Shown here: piece by piece, positions 35,392 to 50,068 of the stretch
Numbering within the stretch: the stretch's first letter is position 1
Layout: each line of letters starts with the position of its first letter
Assembly (NCBI RefSeq): GCF_006345805.1
Contig: NC_043016.1
Coordinates: forward strand, 23,374,001 to 23,438,000
DNA from: Octopus sinensis
Taxonomy: Eukaryota
Direction of reading: 5' to 3'
Length of the DNA stretch: 64,000 bases
The notes under the pieces: model-generated
Databases searched by the model: none
Seen by the model: the letters and a program-made list of their open reading frames with translations, nothing else
What the model was told of the DNA's origin: nothing
Program-made: the position numbers and the translations under genes

Positions 35392-36949
35392 ATTATTATT
35401 ATTATTATTTACCTAATTGAGGGATTGGTAGAATTGTTATAGCAGTGAACAAAAAGCTTTAGTAGTATTTAGTTATAGCTCCACATTCTGAGATCAAATC
35501 CAGTCAAGGTCAATTTTGCCTTTCATGTTTTTGAGGTTATTGTACCAGTAAAGCACTGGAGTTGATTTCATCAACTAATTATGTGCAAATTATATGCATT
35601 GCTAAAACAATTATCATCATTATTATGTAAAATTCTAGGGTTATTCTTTCAACCTTCTGAGGTCAATAATATAAGTACCAGTTATATATTGGAGAGAAAT
35701 CTTAATCAACACCCAAAATTTGGGACTTTGTGACTACATCAAAAATCTACAAAATAATTCTGCTCTAAGTGATGCTCTAAAGGAAAACTAAAGATAAAAC
35801 CTATTATTCAAACATTCATTTGTAAAACTGACTGAAATATTATTGAATGACATCAATAACAATTTATCATATTCATCTGACTGATACAAAAATATTTAAA
35901 ATTTATATATATCATCATCTTTCAGCTTCCGTCTACTAAATCACTCACAAGTCTTTGGTTGATTCATGGCTGTAGAAGTCACTTGTCCTGAAGACCACAA
36001 GGTTAGAAAGCAGGCTTTATAATAACACAGACAGATCTATGCATATATATATAGAGAGAGAGGGGGGAGAAAATCCACATCTCAGTGTGACAGCTACAGT
36101 GCTTGGTTCATAGGGACAGTGGATTAACATCCAGCCTTGTCCACTTTTCTGTGATATAAAATAAGAATGTAGTTCAGAATAGCATAATAGATAAATACCT
36201 TCAATTTTATTCTATGATTAAGAGTTATATGATTACTATCTACATTATTCTTTCAACATATCTTCAATAATTTCTAAAACACAATCTCAAAAGCTGAATA
36301 TAAATAAACCAATATTTTTTTCATGGACAATTGTATGGAGCTCTTTCTAAAGCAAGTTTACTTCTTAGCAAAGACAAAAATGATAAACAACTACTCTTGA
36401 GGGAACAGAAGTGACAGGTGTTAACAAAGAATATGGCTTTCAAAGATGTTCTCCCCTAGGATTATGCCTTTCACACTACCTATGAGGACTTTACACCATC
36501 TTAAGAATCAAGTGATTCAAAAAATAAAATCTCAGAATAAATTATATATTTCATGGTGCTCTAGGAACTTCCAATTATCTTAGTTTTCAAAATATGTGGA
36601 ATTTTCATAGATGCAGCCAGTTATAATAATATAATAATTATAAATCAACTTAATCAACTAGAGTCCACCACCCAAATTTAGGACTACATCAAAAGTCTAC
36701 AAAATTATTCTGCTCTAGAACACCATATTTCAGTGAAATTTGAAATTTACATTTTTGAGTTAAAATTCCACTAAGGTCAACTTTGCCTTTTATCCCTCCA
36801 GTATCACCTGCTTACCACTAATAAAAAAGGTAGATACTAATCTTCATTAGTATCTACCATTTTCCATCAGGGTTAGTCGTTTTTTTTTATCTTTCTCCAA
36901 CCATTAGACAACTACATTGGCACCCACTAATATCAATATAATGATATTA

Positions 36950-37500
36950 TTAATGTTTCCACAAGTAATATTATCAATCACACTGTTTACTTTTGATATT
37001 TTTTCCTTAACTTTAGTTCAATGCACTGTCCACAAATTAACTGATTCTAGGCTCCTTCAGATTCTACCTTAGTTTTTCATGGATCTCCAATTGTTTTTCA
37101 CCAGGATTATCCACATCAAATTCCCTATTTTCTTGTACATTGCTTCTTGTGCTTGTTTCAATGGTAAGTGTTGTATTCTCCTAGCTGGTTACAATGGTTG
37201 CATTCTCCTGATTCTCAGAGGTGTTATTAGTTTTGACATGTTGGTTCCTGTAATTCTGGATTGATCTATATTTCTATTTATATTGATCTGTATTTCTTCA
37301 ATTTTAAAGTCAGATATAATAATTCTTGGTACATAATACTTGCCCTCCTAGCTGTTTGTTCACTGAGATTAAATACTCACACACCATTCCAAATGTCCAG
37401 CATTCTTTACCAGAATCCTCAATTCCTTGGTTCACTTCTTTGATAACATTCTTTTGTTGTCTTGTTGATTTCCTTTCTCTACTTAATTTTTTCACAGTAG
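36950..37500 (-). mobile_element. Possible decayed APE endonuclease region of a LINE
   Basis: Minus-strand IIISDFKI (resembles IIxGDFN) and SVIDNI (resembles SxIDYI) in the expected order; otherwise heavily degraded. Confidence 0.3.
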
Positions 37501-37744
37501 AACTAGAATGATGACCAGATCTGCACTGATGCACAGCAGAGCACTTACTAGGAAATTCTAGTCAAGTTCTTTTTTTTTTTCTGTTTCAATAATGCACTTG
37601 AAGGAGGATAATGATTTCAAAACTACAGTTTTGAGATACTATCTCCATGAAGGTCACTAACCATGGCTAGAGTGACACTCTTCCCCTTATAGTAGGCTTG
37701 ACCCACATGTGGTCAGTGGTTTCATTGAGACTATCTCTAGGCTG

Positions 37745-38135
37745 ATTCATGTATTCTTTCATTCGTTTCAGTCATTTGACTGTGGCCATGCTGGAGCATC
37801 ACCTTTAGTCAAACAAATCACCCCCAGGACATTCTTTGTAAGCCTAGTACTTATTCTATCAGTCTCTTTTGCTGAAATGCTAAGTTACAGGGACATCAAC
37901 ACACTAACATCAGTTGTCAAGCAATGGTAGGGTGACAAACACAGACACACAAACATATACATATATATATATATACGACAGGCTTCTTTCAATTTCCATC
38001 TACCAAATCCACTCACAAGGCTTTGGTCAGCCTGAGGCTATAGTAGAAGATATTTGCCCAAGGTACTATACAGTGGGACTGAACCTGGAATTATATGGTT
38101 GGTAAGCAAGCTACATAAAACATAGCCACTCTTGC
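37745..38135 (-). mobile_element. Family A SINE, near full length
   Basis: Reverse complement of the 51913-52366 copy. Confidence 0.9.
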
Positions 38136-38919
38136 ACTTGTTATCAAAACCTAAGGAACTTGTCTACCCACTTAGCTGAGACAGGTTATACTCTGCCGGT
38201 TGCTATACTGGTACTTTATCCTTCACAAATCATAACCCTTCTCTTGACCATAGTCCAGAAGAACACAGTGGACATCTGGCAGTCTGTTGCAAATATCATA
38301 GTAGCCTGATATACACATTATTATGCACAGCCAAACAGACTCATTGTGGATGATTTTTGGCTCTATCGAATTCATCTACCTTTCAACAGATTTTGTTTAT
38401 CAATCTGAAAAGTATCATAATATAGAGAAACCTACAATATCCCCCTTGATGAGGCTGCCATGGCAGAGAATATTCCAAGTTTAAATTCAGCTGGGGTAAC
38501 TTTGGTTTCTAATACAATAAAGACAAAAAACAAAAAAAAAAAAAGGATAAAGATCCTTCCTGAATCATCCAGTCTCAAAGGACCAGTTTCCCAGTTTTCA
38601 TGGTATCTATATTCTCACAGTCCATCATGGGATTACTCATTTTCATCACTTGAGTGGACTGGAGCAACATGAAATGAAGTCTTTTGCTCAAGATCACATG
38701 TTGCCCAGTTCAGGAATCGAAAACATAATCTTATAATCATGAGTCCAACACCCTAACCACTAAGCCACATGCCTCCACTCTAATACAATAAGTACATTCA
38801 GAAGATGAGTCAGTTTAACTGAATGTACTTTTCCCAAAAAACTTGAGACCTTGGGCCTAAAAGTCAGAAATATAAAATCATAGTATTATTATACATTATT
38901 TTCATTATTAATCATTATG

Positions 38920-40720
38920 AGGTGGTGGTCTTATAAAATCATTAGAATTTTGGACAAATACTTTACAGTTTTTGTTCAGGGTCTTTACATTCTGTGTTCA
39001 AATCCTGCCAAAACTTTGCCTTCCATCCTATAGGGGTCGGTAAAATAAGTACCAATTGAGCACTGGGGTTGATGTAATTGACTTACCCACTCCCACAAAA
39101 TTGCTGGCCTTATGCCAAAATTTGAAATTATTATTATTATTATTATTACTACTATTATCATTATTATCATGGGTGGTAAGCTGGCAGAATCGTTAGCATG
39201 CCAGGCAAAATGTTTAGCACTATTTTGTCAGCCACTACATTCTGAATTCAAATTCCGCCAAGGTCAACTTTGCCTTTCATCCTTTCAGGGTTAATAAATT
39301 AAGTACCAGTTGAGTACTGGGGTCGATATAATTAACTATTCCCCCTTCCCCAAATTTCAGGCCTTGTGCCTATAGTAGAAAGGATTATTATTATTATTCT
39401 CATTATTAGAATAGCAAACTGGTAAAAATCTTTAGCACATTGGTCTAAATGCAAAGTAGAATTTTTTCAAGATATACCAATTTGAACTTAAAATAAAAAG
39501 TCTTTCAGAGTCAATAAAATAAAATACTAGTCAAGTACTGGGGCCAATGTGATTGACAAACCCACTTCCGCAAATTTGCAGGTGGGGTTCAGAGTTTCTT
39601 GTCATGTCGAAGAGCCCATCCCGCTCAAAAGATCCCTGAATAGGGGGTGTTTAAAGATGATGAATGAAACACCCATGTTTCCAGATGTGAATTATTCAAA
39701 CCCCAAGGAATCCCTCTCAACACATGGCTATGATGCTCCCCCACTACTTCTGCTCATGATCAGTGATGCACATATCGTCAGCCACTAAGGGACAAGCTCA
39801 ACCGGTTAAGGTCAAACAACTGACAAGCAAATCTGTGGTATTGAGCAGAATATTTGCTGTAGCTCCATCTTTTATACCAAGACAAAACAATGTACATGAT
39901 AACACTTCCAATCAGTTAAGATCAAAAGCCATGAGAGTTACTGTCTGGTATTGCATCAGGGCATTTATTACTATTATTATTATTACTATTATGAAAGCAG
40001 TGAGCTAGCAGAATCATTAGCATGCCAGGTGAAATGCTTAGTGGTATTTCACCTGTCTCCATGTTCTGAGTTCAAATTCCACCAAGGTTGACTTTGCCCT
40101 TCATCCTTTCAGGGTTGATAAATTAAAAGTACCAGCTGAGTACTGGAGTTGATGTCATCAACTTACACCCTTCCCTGAAGTTTCAGGCCTTGAGCCTATA
40201 GTAGAAACAATTATTATTATTAGTATTAGTAGTAGTAGTAGTATGAAAGCAGTGAGCTGGCAGAATCATTAGCACATTGGACAAAATGCTTAGTGACGTT
40301 TCTTCTAGCTATTTACATTTTTATTTCTTTATTGCCCACAAGGGGCTAAACATAGAGGGGACAAACAAGGACAGACAAAGGGATGAAGTCGATTACAATG
40401 ACCCCAGTGTGTAACTGGTACTTATTTAATCGATCTCAAAAAGATGAAAGGCTAAGTCGACCTCGGTGGACTTTGAACTCAGAACGTAAAGACAGATGAA
40501 ATACCAACAAGCATTTCACCAGACACACTAATGTTTCTGTCAGCTCGATGCCTTTATTTACATTTTGAGCACAAATTCTATAAAGGCTGACTTTGCCTTT
40601 CACCCTTTTAGTGTCAACAAGAGAGATATCATTTAGGTACTAGGACCATTGTAATCAGCTTACCATTTTTCAAAATGCAAGCCTTCTGCCAAAACCAGAA
40701 ATTATTGTTATTAAATTTTG
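38920..40720. mobile_element. Chain of family B SINEs (four head-to-tail + copies and one nested - copy) with an unrelated ~400-bp insert at ~39565-39960
   Basis: Heads at ~38925, 39170, 40005 and 40245 separated by (ATT)n tails; inverted copy at 40322-40554 flanked by tatttacatttt (40310-40321 and 40555-40566). Confidence 0.88.
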
Positions 40721-41750
40721 TTAGTTTAGGTAGAGGTACTAGGAGGGGCAGCAAGAGACATCAAAGAAAAGCTAACAGAAATTCTGAAGACATTACTGTT
40801 AGTAATACAGTATGAAATCAAATCCAAGGAAGGTGAAGTGACAGCGAAATTAATAATTGCTTCTAGCCCAAAACCTGGGAAAGGGGATTTGTCAAAACTC
40901 TTGATCCCAGTATTAATCTGGTATCTTATCAACCCTAGAGGGATGAAAGATAATGTTGATCTTGGAAAGTAAAGAACTACAAGAAATAATACCAGAAGGC
41001 ATTTTTCTTTGATGCTCTAACAATTCTACCAATCTTATTATACAAGCTTAAGTAACACAGACGCACTTTTGTCGAATCTTTTTTTTAGAAATCAATGATA
41101 TCCAGGATGTAAAAATCTATAAAAGATTCAGTAAAGTTTCGAAATGGATATTAAGACACCAGACCATTATGATATTTTATTGATTCCAGTTCAGTAGTGA
41201 GCTTCTCTATTTTCTGCTTCCTTTTTTTTTTTTTTTTTTTTTTTTTCGGGGACTTACATTCTACACATCTGCTAAGTATCAACACATACATCTGCTAATA
41301 CACACCAATACAAATTATAGATTTGATATTTACTCAAAGCATGTCAACAAAACAGATACAGAGACAGACAAGGGAAGGAGAGGGCAAGACTGGGAGAGAG
41401 GAATGATAGAAGACCAGAGGTTAGAACAATATGCAATTTAGAATACAAATGTCACAACCTAGTAGTTTGGGGTTTTTTTTTAATATTTTCTACTTTTCTT
41501 CCTATGTAGCAGAAGTTCAGGATTCTTATTTTATAGAACAGAACCTCATATATTCTCTTTGTAACAGAAGGGAACTGATGATTCTTTTTTTTTTCCTTTT
41601 TTTTCAATCAAAACATTAATCCTATTTGCTAATGTTATTCTTTACACTTACAGAAGTGCTGAGTATGTGTGTGAGAGAGAGAGAAAGAGAGTGTGTGTGT
41701 GTGTGTGAGTTTATATCTATATATATGTATGCAAATAATGTGTGCGCGTA

Positions 41751-41804
<54 letters not shown>

Positions 41805-41918
41805 GGATAATGAAATGAATGGCTTACATCTGGCAGCCTACTGGTAAAGCACAGTCACTTTCACAGTTATTGTTAATAAATTAATAATAAATTCTCGTAT
41901 ATTCCATCTTTTATTTAC

Positions 41919-41953
<35 letters not shown>

Positions 41954-41973
41954 CAATGATACACACACACACA

Positions 41974-42110
41974 CAAGGGGGTACTGAATAACTCCTGGCT
42001 TTGAATAAAAGAAAATACAAGATCAGTTAATTATGATTTTATTCAACATATTCTCCTCTCAGATACATACACTTGCAGCAGTCTTTCAGTTTTTCTAAGC
42101 CCAGTAAAAT
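41974..42110 (+). mobile_element. Mariner-like terminal fragment
   Basis: caagggggtactgaataactcctggcttt resembles mariner TIR starts of the ACGAGGGGxxxTGAAAAGTTCC type; no ORF or partner end. Confidence 0.35.
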
Positions 42111-43729
42111 AATTCTTAAAAGGAGTGACACGGTATGTCCACAGTCTAATGACTGAAACATGTAAAAGATAAAAGATGTGTGTGTATTATAGGTTTATAT
42201 TGCTCAACTGTATGAATAAAGTGAGGGTGTCAAATATGTTTAATGGTGATCAAAATAACAAATGTGCATGCACACACACTGATAGAAGTACCAAGTTTTA
42301 AAAAATAAGTACTGGAGTCTATTCATTTGACTAAAAACCTTCAAAGCAGTGCTCCAATCCAATGACAAACAAATAAAAGATATATATATTTCTTAAATGT
42401 TAATTCTTCTCCATCTGTTACTATTATATTACTCTGGCTTACAGTTCTTCATTTGCACCATCACTTCCCCACTAACATGCCACCTTCTCTTAATTGGCTA
42501 TAAGTAGCTTGATTGTAAAACCATTCCACATTTTCTGAACCAATGGATCAGACACCAATACACCAATTCTCTTATTCAAATTAATCTCTGTGCAAGAAAT
42601 CTGCTTTACCAAACTGGCACTATACCAATCTCAAAAGCAGGGCTTCGCCTAAAAGGTTGTAATTCTCATCGTAAATTAACACCCCCCCTTAAACTAATAA
42701 TAATCCTAAAAGCTTCACTGATTTGTATGTCACCATACTGACTACCCATCGTCTCCAGACATTAGGGTGTATTTACCCTACTGTGAACTTAACATTATCA
42801 ATAGCGACATGTTTACAATGATACACTAATGAGAATGATGTTAAAAGTCTGGTGTTCTTTATTTTTCATGGGAATGTTAGACGAGGCTGTGCAGAGAAAA
42901 CAGTCCTTTGAATAAAAGTGAAGTAGTGCAGAGTTTATTTTGATACTTTTTATAGGAAATGTAAATACTAACTTACAAATACATTTTAGGAATTGTACTG
43001 CCATGAATTGACACATAAAGTGTGATGGGCCTCGATCATGGCCATCAGGCACAGGTCAACAAGCCACAACCATGGCCCAAATAGATGCATTTAATTTATG
43101 GGCATTTGTTGGGGTCTAATGTTACTCAAAAGCACTGATACCCCACAGAATGCAAAAGGACTAACAGTTCAACTAATGATTTTTCAGATGATGCAAAACT
43201 TGCCATTATATACTAAGAAGATATTTTAACTACTTTTTCTTTTTTATGTGTGCATGGTAAGCTCATTTTCCTAAAATGTTATCAGCAGTTCATGCTATGT
43301 AAGTGCAAATCCCAGCACTTTATGGGTTAATATATATTAGAAATGCAAACACAAACTCACTATATAATACAGAACATGTTTTTGTATATATATATTTTGT
43401 GAGTAAATTTTTGTGAATAACACTTAAGCATTTGAAGTTGTTGATTTTGTCCCACTTTATAAGATTCACTTTGTAAATCATTTGACATGAGCTGCACTTG
43501 TCTGTTTTTTATTTTTGGTATTTGCATATTTGTTTCATAATGCTTAATGAATCAGTCTTAAGTTTCCTAAATTAACCAACAGTATTTCTTACATTCTTCC
43601 TGCAGCAGAATCTCTACTTAGCTGTCCTACTTGTGTCTTTGTATCTGCAAGTTCGTTCTGTTTTCTTAATACTTATTTAGTATAGTTTTATATTCACAAA
43701 TTTCAACAATTTGTGGTGTATCACACATA

Positions 43730-43734
43730 CATAA

Positions 43735-43790
<56 letters not shown>

Positions 43791-45302
43791 CACACATATA
43801 TATATACACACACACATACATATATATACACATACGATATACATGCAAAGAATTTGAATAACAACTGCATTTAACTCCATTTATCCATTTATATATTTAT
43901 ATAATATATAATATATATATATATATATATACATATATATATACACACCATAATATATACACCACACCACACATACATATATGACACATACGTATATATA
44001 CATGCAAAGAATTTGAATAACAACTGCATTTAACTCCATTTATCCATTTATATATTTATATATAATATATATATATATATATACATACGTATATAGACAC
44101 ATATTTACATATGCATATATTCAAATATACATACGTATATATATATACATGTATACATACATATATAAATATATATATACATACATATATATATATACAT
44201 GTATACATACATATATAAATATATATATACATACATATATATATATACATGTATACATACATATATAAATATATATATACATACATATATAGTATATACA
44301 TGTATACATACATATATAAATATAATATACATACATATATATACACATATATACATACATATATAAATATATATATACATACATATATATACAAATACAT
44401 ACATATATATACATATATACATACATATACATATATATACATATATACACATACATACATATATACACATACATATACATATACATATATACACATATAC
44501 ATATACATATACATATATACACATTACATATATATATATATATATATACACATATATATATATACACATATACATATATATACACATATATATATATATA
44601 CACATATACATATATAAACATACATATATATATACACAAATATATATATATACACATATACATATTTAAACATACATATATATATACACAAATATATATA
44701 TATATATATATACATACATATAAACACATACTTATACACATACATATAAATACATATACTTATATAAATACATATACTTATATAAATACATATACTTATA
44801 TAAATACATATACTTATATAAATACATATACTTATATACATAAATAGAAATACATAGGTATACTTATATACATACATATAAATACATATGTATACTTATA
44901 TACATACATATAAATACATATGTATACTTATATACATACATATAAATACATATGTATACTTATATACATACATATAAATACATATGTATACTTATATACA
45001 TACATATAAATACATATGTATACTTATATACATACATATAATACATATGTATACTTATATACATACATATAAAATACATATGTATACTTATATACATACC
45101 TATAAATACATATGTATACTTATATACAATACATATAAATACATATGTATACTTATATACATAATCTAAATATTATATATATATATCCTTATATACATAC
45201 ATATAATACATATGTATACTTATATACATACTATAAATATATATTATATATACTTTTAAACATACATATAAATATATATATATATATACTTTATATACAT
45301 AC

Positions 45303-45358
<56 letters not shown>

Positions 45359-45360
45359 AT
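43730..45360. repeat. TA/TACA-derived simple-repeat tract with higher-order minisatellites and a ~160-bp duplicated island
   Basis: 18-mer tacttatataaatacata and ~30-mer variants at 44750-45150; atacatgcaaagaatttgaataacaactgc occurs at ~43838 and ~43997. Confidence 0.95.
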
Positions 45361-46319
45361 TTAGATTCAGATGAATATGGTACTTAAGTTAAAGGCACCA
45401 GAATTTGGTATGGTATTATCCATATAAATCAAATGGAGATGTGATTATAATCAAAATAAACAACAAGGATATCCAAAGGTAGTGAGAGTGAAGTTGTTTA
45501 CAATCGTTTCTGTTTACCATGGTGAGGAAAATATATATTATATTTTTGCCTTGTTGCTAATGGTAGACATCATCAAAATGAAGATGTCAGAGGTAGAGAG
45601 AAGAAGAGTGAAAGATCAACGGTTACATCGGAAAAGAGAAAATCAAAGATTTGAGTGTCTAACATTATATTGGGGTTCATAGTTCGTTAAGTCCGTTATG
45701 AAGTGGATGAAGAATATAAGTTAGTTGAACCTGTGGTCTCATGTTTATTCAGTGGCATGTCTTGCATGTGCCTGTGACTTCTGGGGTTTCACCGGTGGCA
45801 TAATGTAAGGGAGCTAACTTTAATTAGGGAAAACCGGTGCTATTATAATGACCTAGGTGTCTATCGAAATAAAGGTTGTAGGTGGTTCGTATTAATTACC
45901 GGAAGCTATATATTGGTGTAAAATATGGAACGAACGTTGGTCCAATCTAGCATGCGGAGATACTCATTGCCGTAATACTCTTTTGTTATGAAGAGTGCAT
46001 ATAGAAAAAGAGGGTGGGAAGGGAAAGTTGCTTGTAAGTATCTTAAGTGGTTCGTGGTTAAAAAGAGATATATACATACATAGACTAGCATAGGATGTAG
46101 AATAGGTACATAATTATTGGTTTATTATGTGGGTTTGGAGTAGGATAACGTAGAATGTGTTAGGTATTTTGTATTTATCTTTAATGTAAGTTTGGGTTGG
46201 TGTAAGTGGTTACGAGGAAGTAATGCACTAGTGAGTAAGTCTACTAGTAGGGGTGAGGCTAGGATAGTGATATGTACAGGATAGAGCAGGTAAAACGAAA
46301 CTTTAGAGAAGACAAATTG

Positions 46320-46710
46320 GGCTATATACAGACAAAAATTATTATTTTCATGCTTTTTATTCAGTAGAGGAAGTTTAGCCATTAATATTTTCAGGCACTC
46401 TATTAAACAGAGATCGCACTGCATATTTTTAGTGTTATAAGACGAGGTGGTTGCTAGCATGTGCCATTTTAAACTATAATTTTTTTTTTTATCCTTTAAT
46501 TCCCAGTTGTAGCTACAAACCCTGTAGAATTTGCTTTACTTCTATCTAAAGCTAGATTGGTGTGAGTTGTATCTCAGCATTATTTGTTTTTTTGTGGTGC
46601 CTATATATGATTTTGTATGGTTATTTGTGAGTAAGTAATATTGGTATACTACATTTTCTGTTTTACACCTATTAGGGAATTGGCACTTATTTCTGTCTCT
46701 GCAGCCACAT
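46320..46710 (-). mobile_element. Penelope-like element GIY-YIG endonuclease remnant
   Basis: CGCRDRNKCQFPNRCKTENVVYQ...KSYIGTT....RYNSHQSSF, then SSYN.....CDLCLIE..IL....LLNKK.E....C; the adjacent 45370-46320 is probably its 3' region or pseudo-LTR. Confidence 0.8.
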
Positions 46711-47174
46711 ATATATACATACACACACACACACACACATATATATATTTAATTTTGTAAAAATTAAAAATTAAATATTTAACATAATAAATGTGTTATA
46801 GGAAATAATCCTAATGTTTTAAGTTTATAATTTAGTTAATGGAGTTGTTCTAAAAGAATAATTATTATTTATTTCTTAAATATTGTTTAACTCTATTTGC
46901 TTATTTATTTAACTTATTATCATTAACCTGAAGATTGACTATAATTTTTAATTGAATTTAAACTTAATTGAAATTCGAATTTAATTGTAGCCATGAAACA
47001 TACAGTGTTTTTAGATATTATATTATATATTTATCATTCATTTTATACTTTGAGATCTAGTTATAAGTTATATAAAAAAAATTATATATATATATATATT
47101 GGTTATTTATGTATTGGTTTATGTCTATCACTGATTGAGTTCCATAATAGTGGTTTTATCTCTAATTTATATTT

Positions 47175-47205
<31 letters not shown>

Positions 47206-47399
47206 TTATGTCATTGAAAGCTCGAAATAAGGAGTAGACGGACAGCCAACCACTGACGAAGTGTCATTCTATGTGTTACTTGTCTGGTTTTCCATTTTTT
47301 CTCTCACTAAAACAATGCGAAAGCGCATTGTGACCAGCTATGTGCAGCAACATCTGATAGCCTGGTCGTGAAAAAAAATATATATATATACACAAATAT

Positions 47400-48290
47400 G
47401 TTTCGAATGGCAGTGAAACATGGGCCGTGACTGCTGAGGATATGCGTAAGCTTGCAAGAAATGAAGCCAGTATGCTCCGTTGGATGTGTAATGTCAGTGT
47501 TTATACCTGACAGAGTGTAAGTGCCTTGAGAGAAAAGTTGGACCTAAGAAGCATCAGATGTGGTGTGCAAGAGAGGCGTCTACACTGGTATGGACACGTA
47601 GTAAGAATGGATGAAGATAGTTGTGTGAAAAAGTGCCACACCCTAGCGGTTGAGGGAACCTGTGAAAGAGGTAGACCCAGGAAAACCTGGGACAAGGTGG
47701 TGCAGAACGACCTTCGCTCTTTAGGTCTCACCGAGGAAATGACCAGAGACCGAGACCTATGGAAGTATGCTGTGCGCAAGAAGACCCGGCAGGACAAGTG
47801 AGGCCATAACCTATGGCCCCTACCTGGGACGTAGTCAGTCCACCTGTGCATACCTTCCTTCTTGGGACACATAACTCTACTTGTGAAGACCTGTTGAGGC
47901 AAGTGAAAATCAAAAATAAAAGAATCAAATCAAAATCGATGAACATCAATGGAATTTGTAGTTTTGTGGTACCAATGCCAGTGGCACATAAGCAAACCAT
48001 CCGAACGTGGGCGTAGCCAGTACAGCATCGACTGGCCTCCGTGCTGGGTGGCACGTAAACAAACACCATCCGATCGTGGCTGTTCGCCAGCCTCGTCTGG
48101 CACCTGTGTCGGTGGCACATAAAAAAGCACCCACTACATCATGGAGTGGTTGGCGTTAGGAAGGGCATCCAGCTGTAAAACACTGCCAGATCTGACTGGC
48201 CTGGTGCAGCCTTCGGGCTTCCCAGACCCCAGTTGAACCACCATCCATCCCATGCTAGCATGGAAAGTGGACGTTAAACGATGATGATAT
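47400..48290 (+). mobile_element. RTE LINE 3' end with 3'UTR and (GAT)n tail
   Basis: RRLHWYGHVVRMDEDSCVKKC...GRPRKTWDKVV..DLRSLGLTEEMTRDRDLWKYAVRKKTRQDK; the empty-site counterpart of 3345-4495. Confidence 0.92.
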
Positions 48291-48295
48291 ATTAT

Positions 48296-48352
<57 letters not shown>

Positions 48353-48424
48353 ATGTATGTATATATGTACATATATGTATGTATATATATGTACATATAA
48401 TGTATATATATGTATACACACACA

Positions 48425-48580
48425 CACGGCTTCTTTCAGTTTTCTTCCACTAAATCCATTCATAAGGTTTTGGTCAGCCAACAGCTATAGTAGAAGACAC
48501 TTGCCCACAGTGCCATACAGGTACACATGGTTGGGAAAGAAACTTCTTATCCACTTAACCACATAGCCATCCCTGCACCG
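48425..48580 (-). mobile_element. Family A SINE head, degraded
   Basis: ggcttctttcagttt..ccactaaatcca..tatagtagaagacacttgccc. Confidence 0.7.
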
Positions 48581-49766
48581 TGTGCGTGCATGTGTGCATT
48601 AGTTCTCTGGTTCAATTTTACTGCATGCCATTCTAAGCTTCTACTATTCATTTGCAGCAGCGACTGCATATGAAATTAAAATTAAGAAAATGGAAACAAT
48701 TTGTAAGCCCATTGGATAAACTGTACCTGTAATTCAAAGTGCCAACCTTGTCACATACAAATTCGCCTGTGAATTACATTAAGGGTACAAGTGTGTAAGG
48801 AATACTCAGCCACTTAATACTAATTCAATAGTTGATAGCTTTTAATTGCTTAAGCTGACAAAGGTCTATATTTTTATGGTTATGTGTGTAGGAATGTATG
48901 TCTATACGTGTATGTAAATGTGTGTGTGTGTCATGATGAACTGTAAGTAAGTTGACAGATGTACATCCAATAAACATGCACATGACATTACTGGACTCCA
49001 TAGTTAAACTAGGTGCTTTCTCTTCCCCTCTCTGGGATCTATTTATGCATTAATGGTTAAATTACATGTTTACTTAACATACATATGTAGACTCTTATAC
49101 AATTTACATATGTCTGTATTTTAAATATATATTCCTATTACCGGTGCATTAAGTGTTTTGTTTCAGAACTTTGCTACTCAATATATCTATAGATCGTTTG
49201 ATTATCCAATTATACCTACAGATTATTTAACCAGCATTGTATGAAATAAATATAAAGACTTCATTTATAAATACAGTAAGTACCCTTACAGACAGAAAAA
49301 AGAGGTATCAACTGAACTAGTTTTAATCCTGTGCAGGGATTTTATCAGCAACTGAATACTATCCTTTCACCATGGCTCTCGGATACAGCATCTGTTTCAA
49401 GTTTCCTTGACTTCTACTCATTCATCTTCGTAATCATTTATTGTCTGTCTTACAAGCTAGCTTTGGTTGGATAAGTCAAAAGAATCCAACAAACTAGAAG
49501 ACTGCATCATGCAGCAGTGTCTGGTTTGGCATGGTTTCTACAGTCAGATGCTCTCCCTAATGTGTACCGGGTGCTTTATGGAACTAGCACTAGTGAGGTT
49601 TAACAGATCTGTTACCCTTGTTGAAAAGTATTTTTTATAAAACAGTATGGGAAAGGGCTGAGTCCATGACTTTTAATGACTTTCTAAAGCAACTGAGATT
49701 GGTTTGCCTAAGGCCCTTTGTTGATTAGGGCTTGACCATAAATTTGCATCTGTATACAAAGGTCTG

Positions 49767-50068
49767 GAGGCGCAATGGCCCAGTGGTTAGGGCAGCAGAC
49801 TCGCGGTCAGAGGATTGCGGTTTCAATTCCCAGACCAGGTATTGTGTGTGTTACGAAAACACCTAAAAGCTCCATGAGGCCCCAGCAGTGGGTGGTGGCA
49901 ACCCCTGTTGTACTCTTTCACCACAAATTTCTCTCACTCTCTTCCTGTTTGTTAGTAACACTGTGATGGACTGGCATCCAGTCCAGCTAGGGGGGAACAC
50001 ATACACCATAGAAACCAGGAAACCGGGCCCATGAGCCTGGCTAGACTTGATAAGGGCGAGGTTTTTAC
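49767..50068 (+). mobile_element. tRNA-derived SINE (family C) with a V-domain-like core, complete with TSD
   Basis: TSD acaaaggtctg at 49756-49766 and 50069-50079; A-box TGGCCCAGTGG, B-box-like GGTTTCAATTCC, core CTGTGATGGACTGGCATCCAGTCCAG, T-run at the 3' end. Confidence 0.85.
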
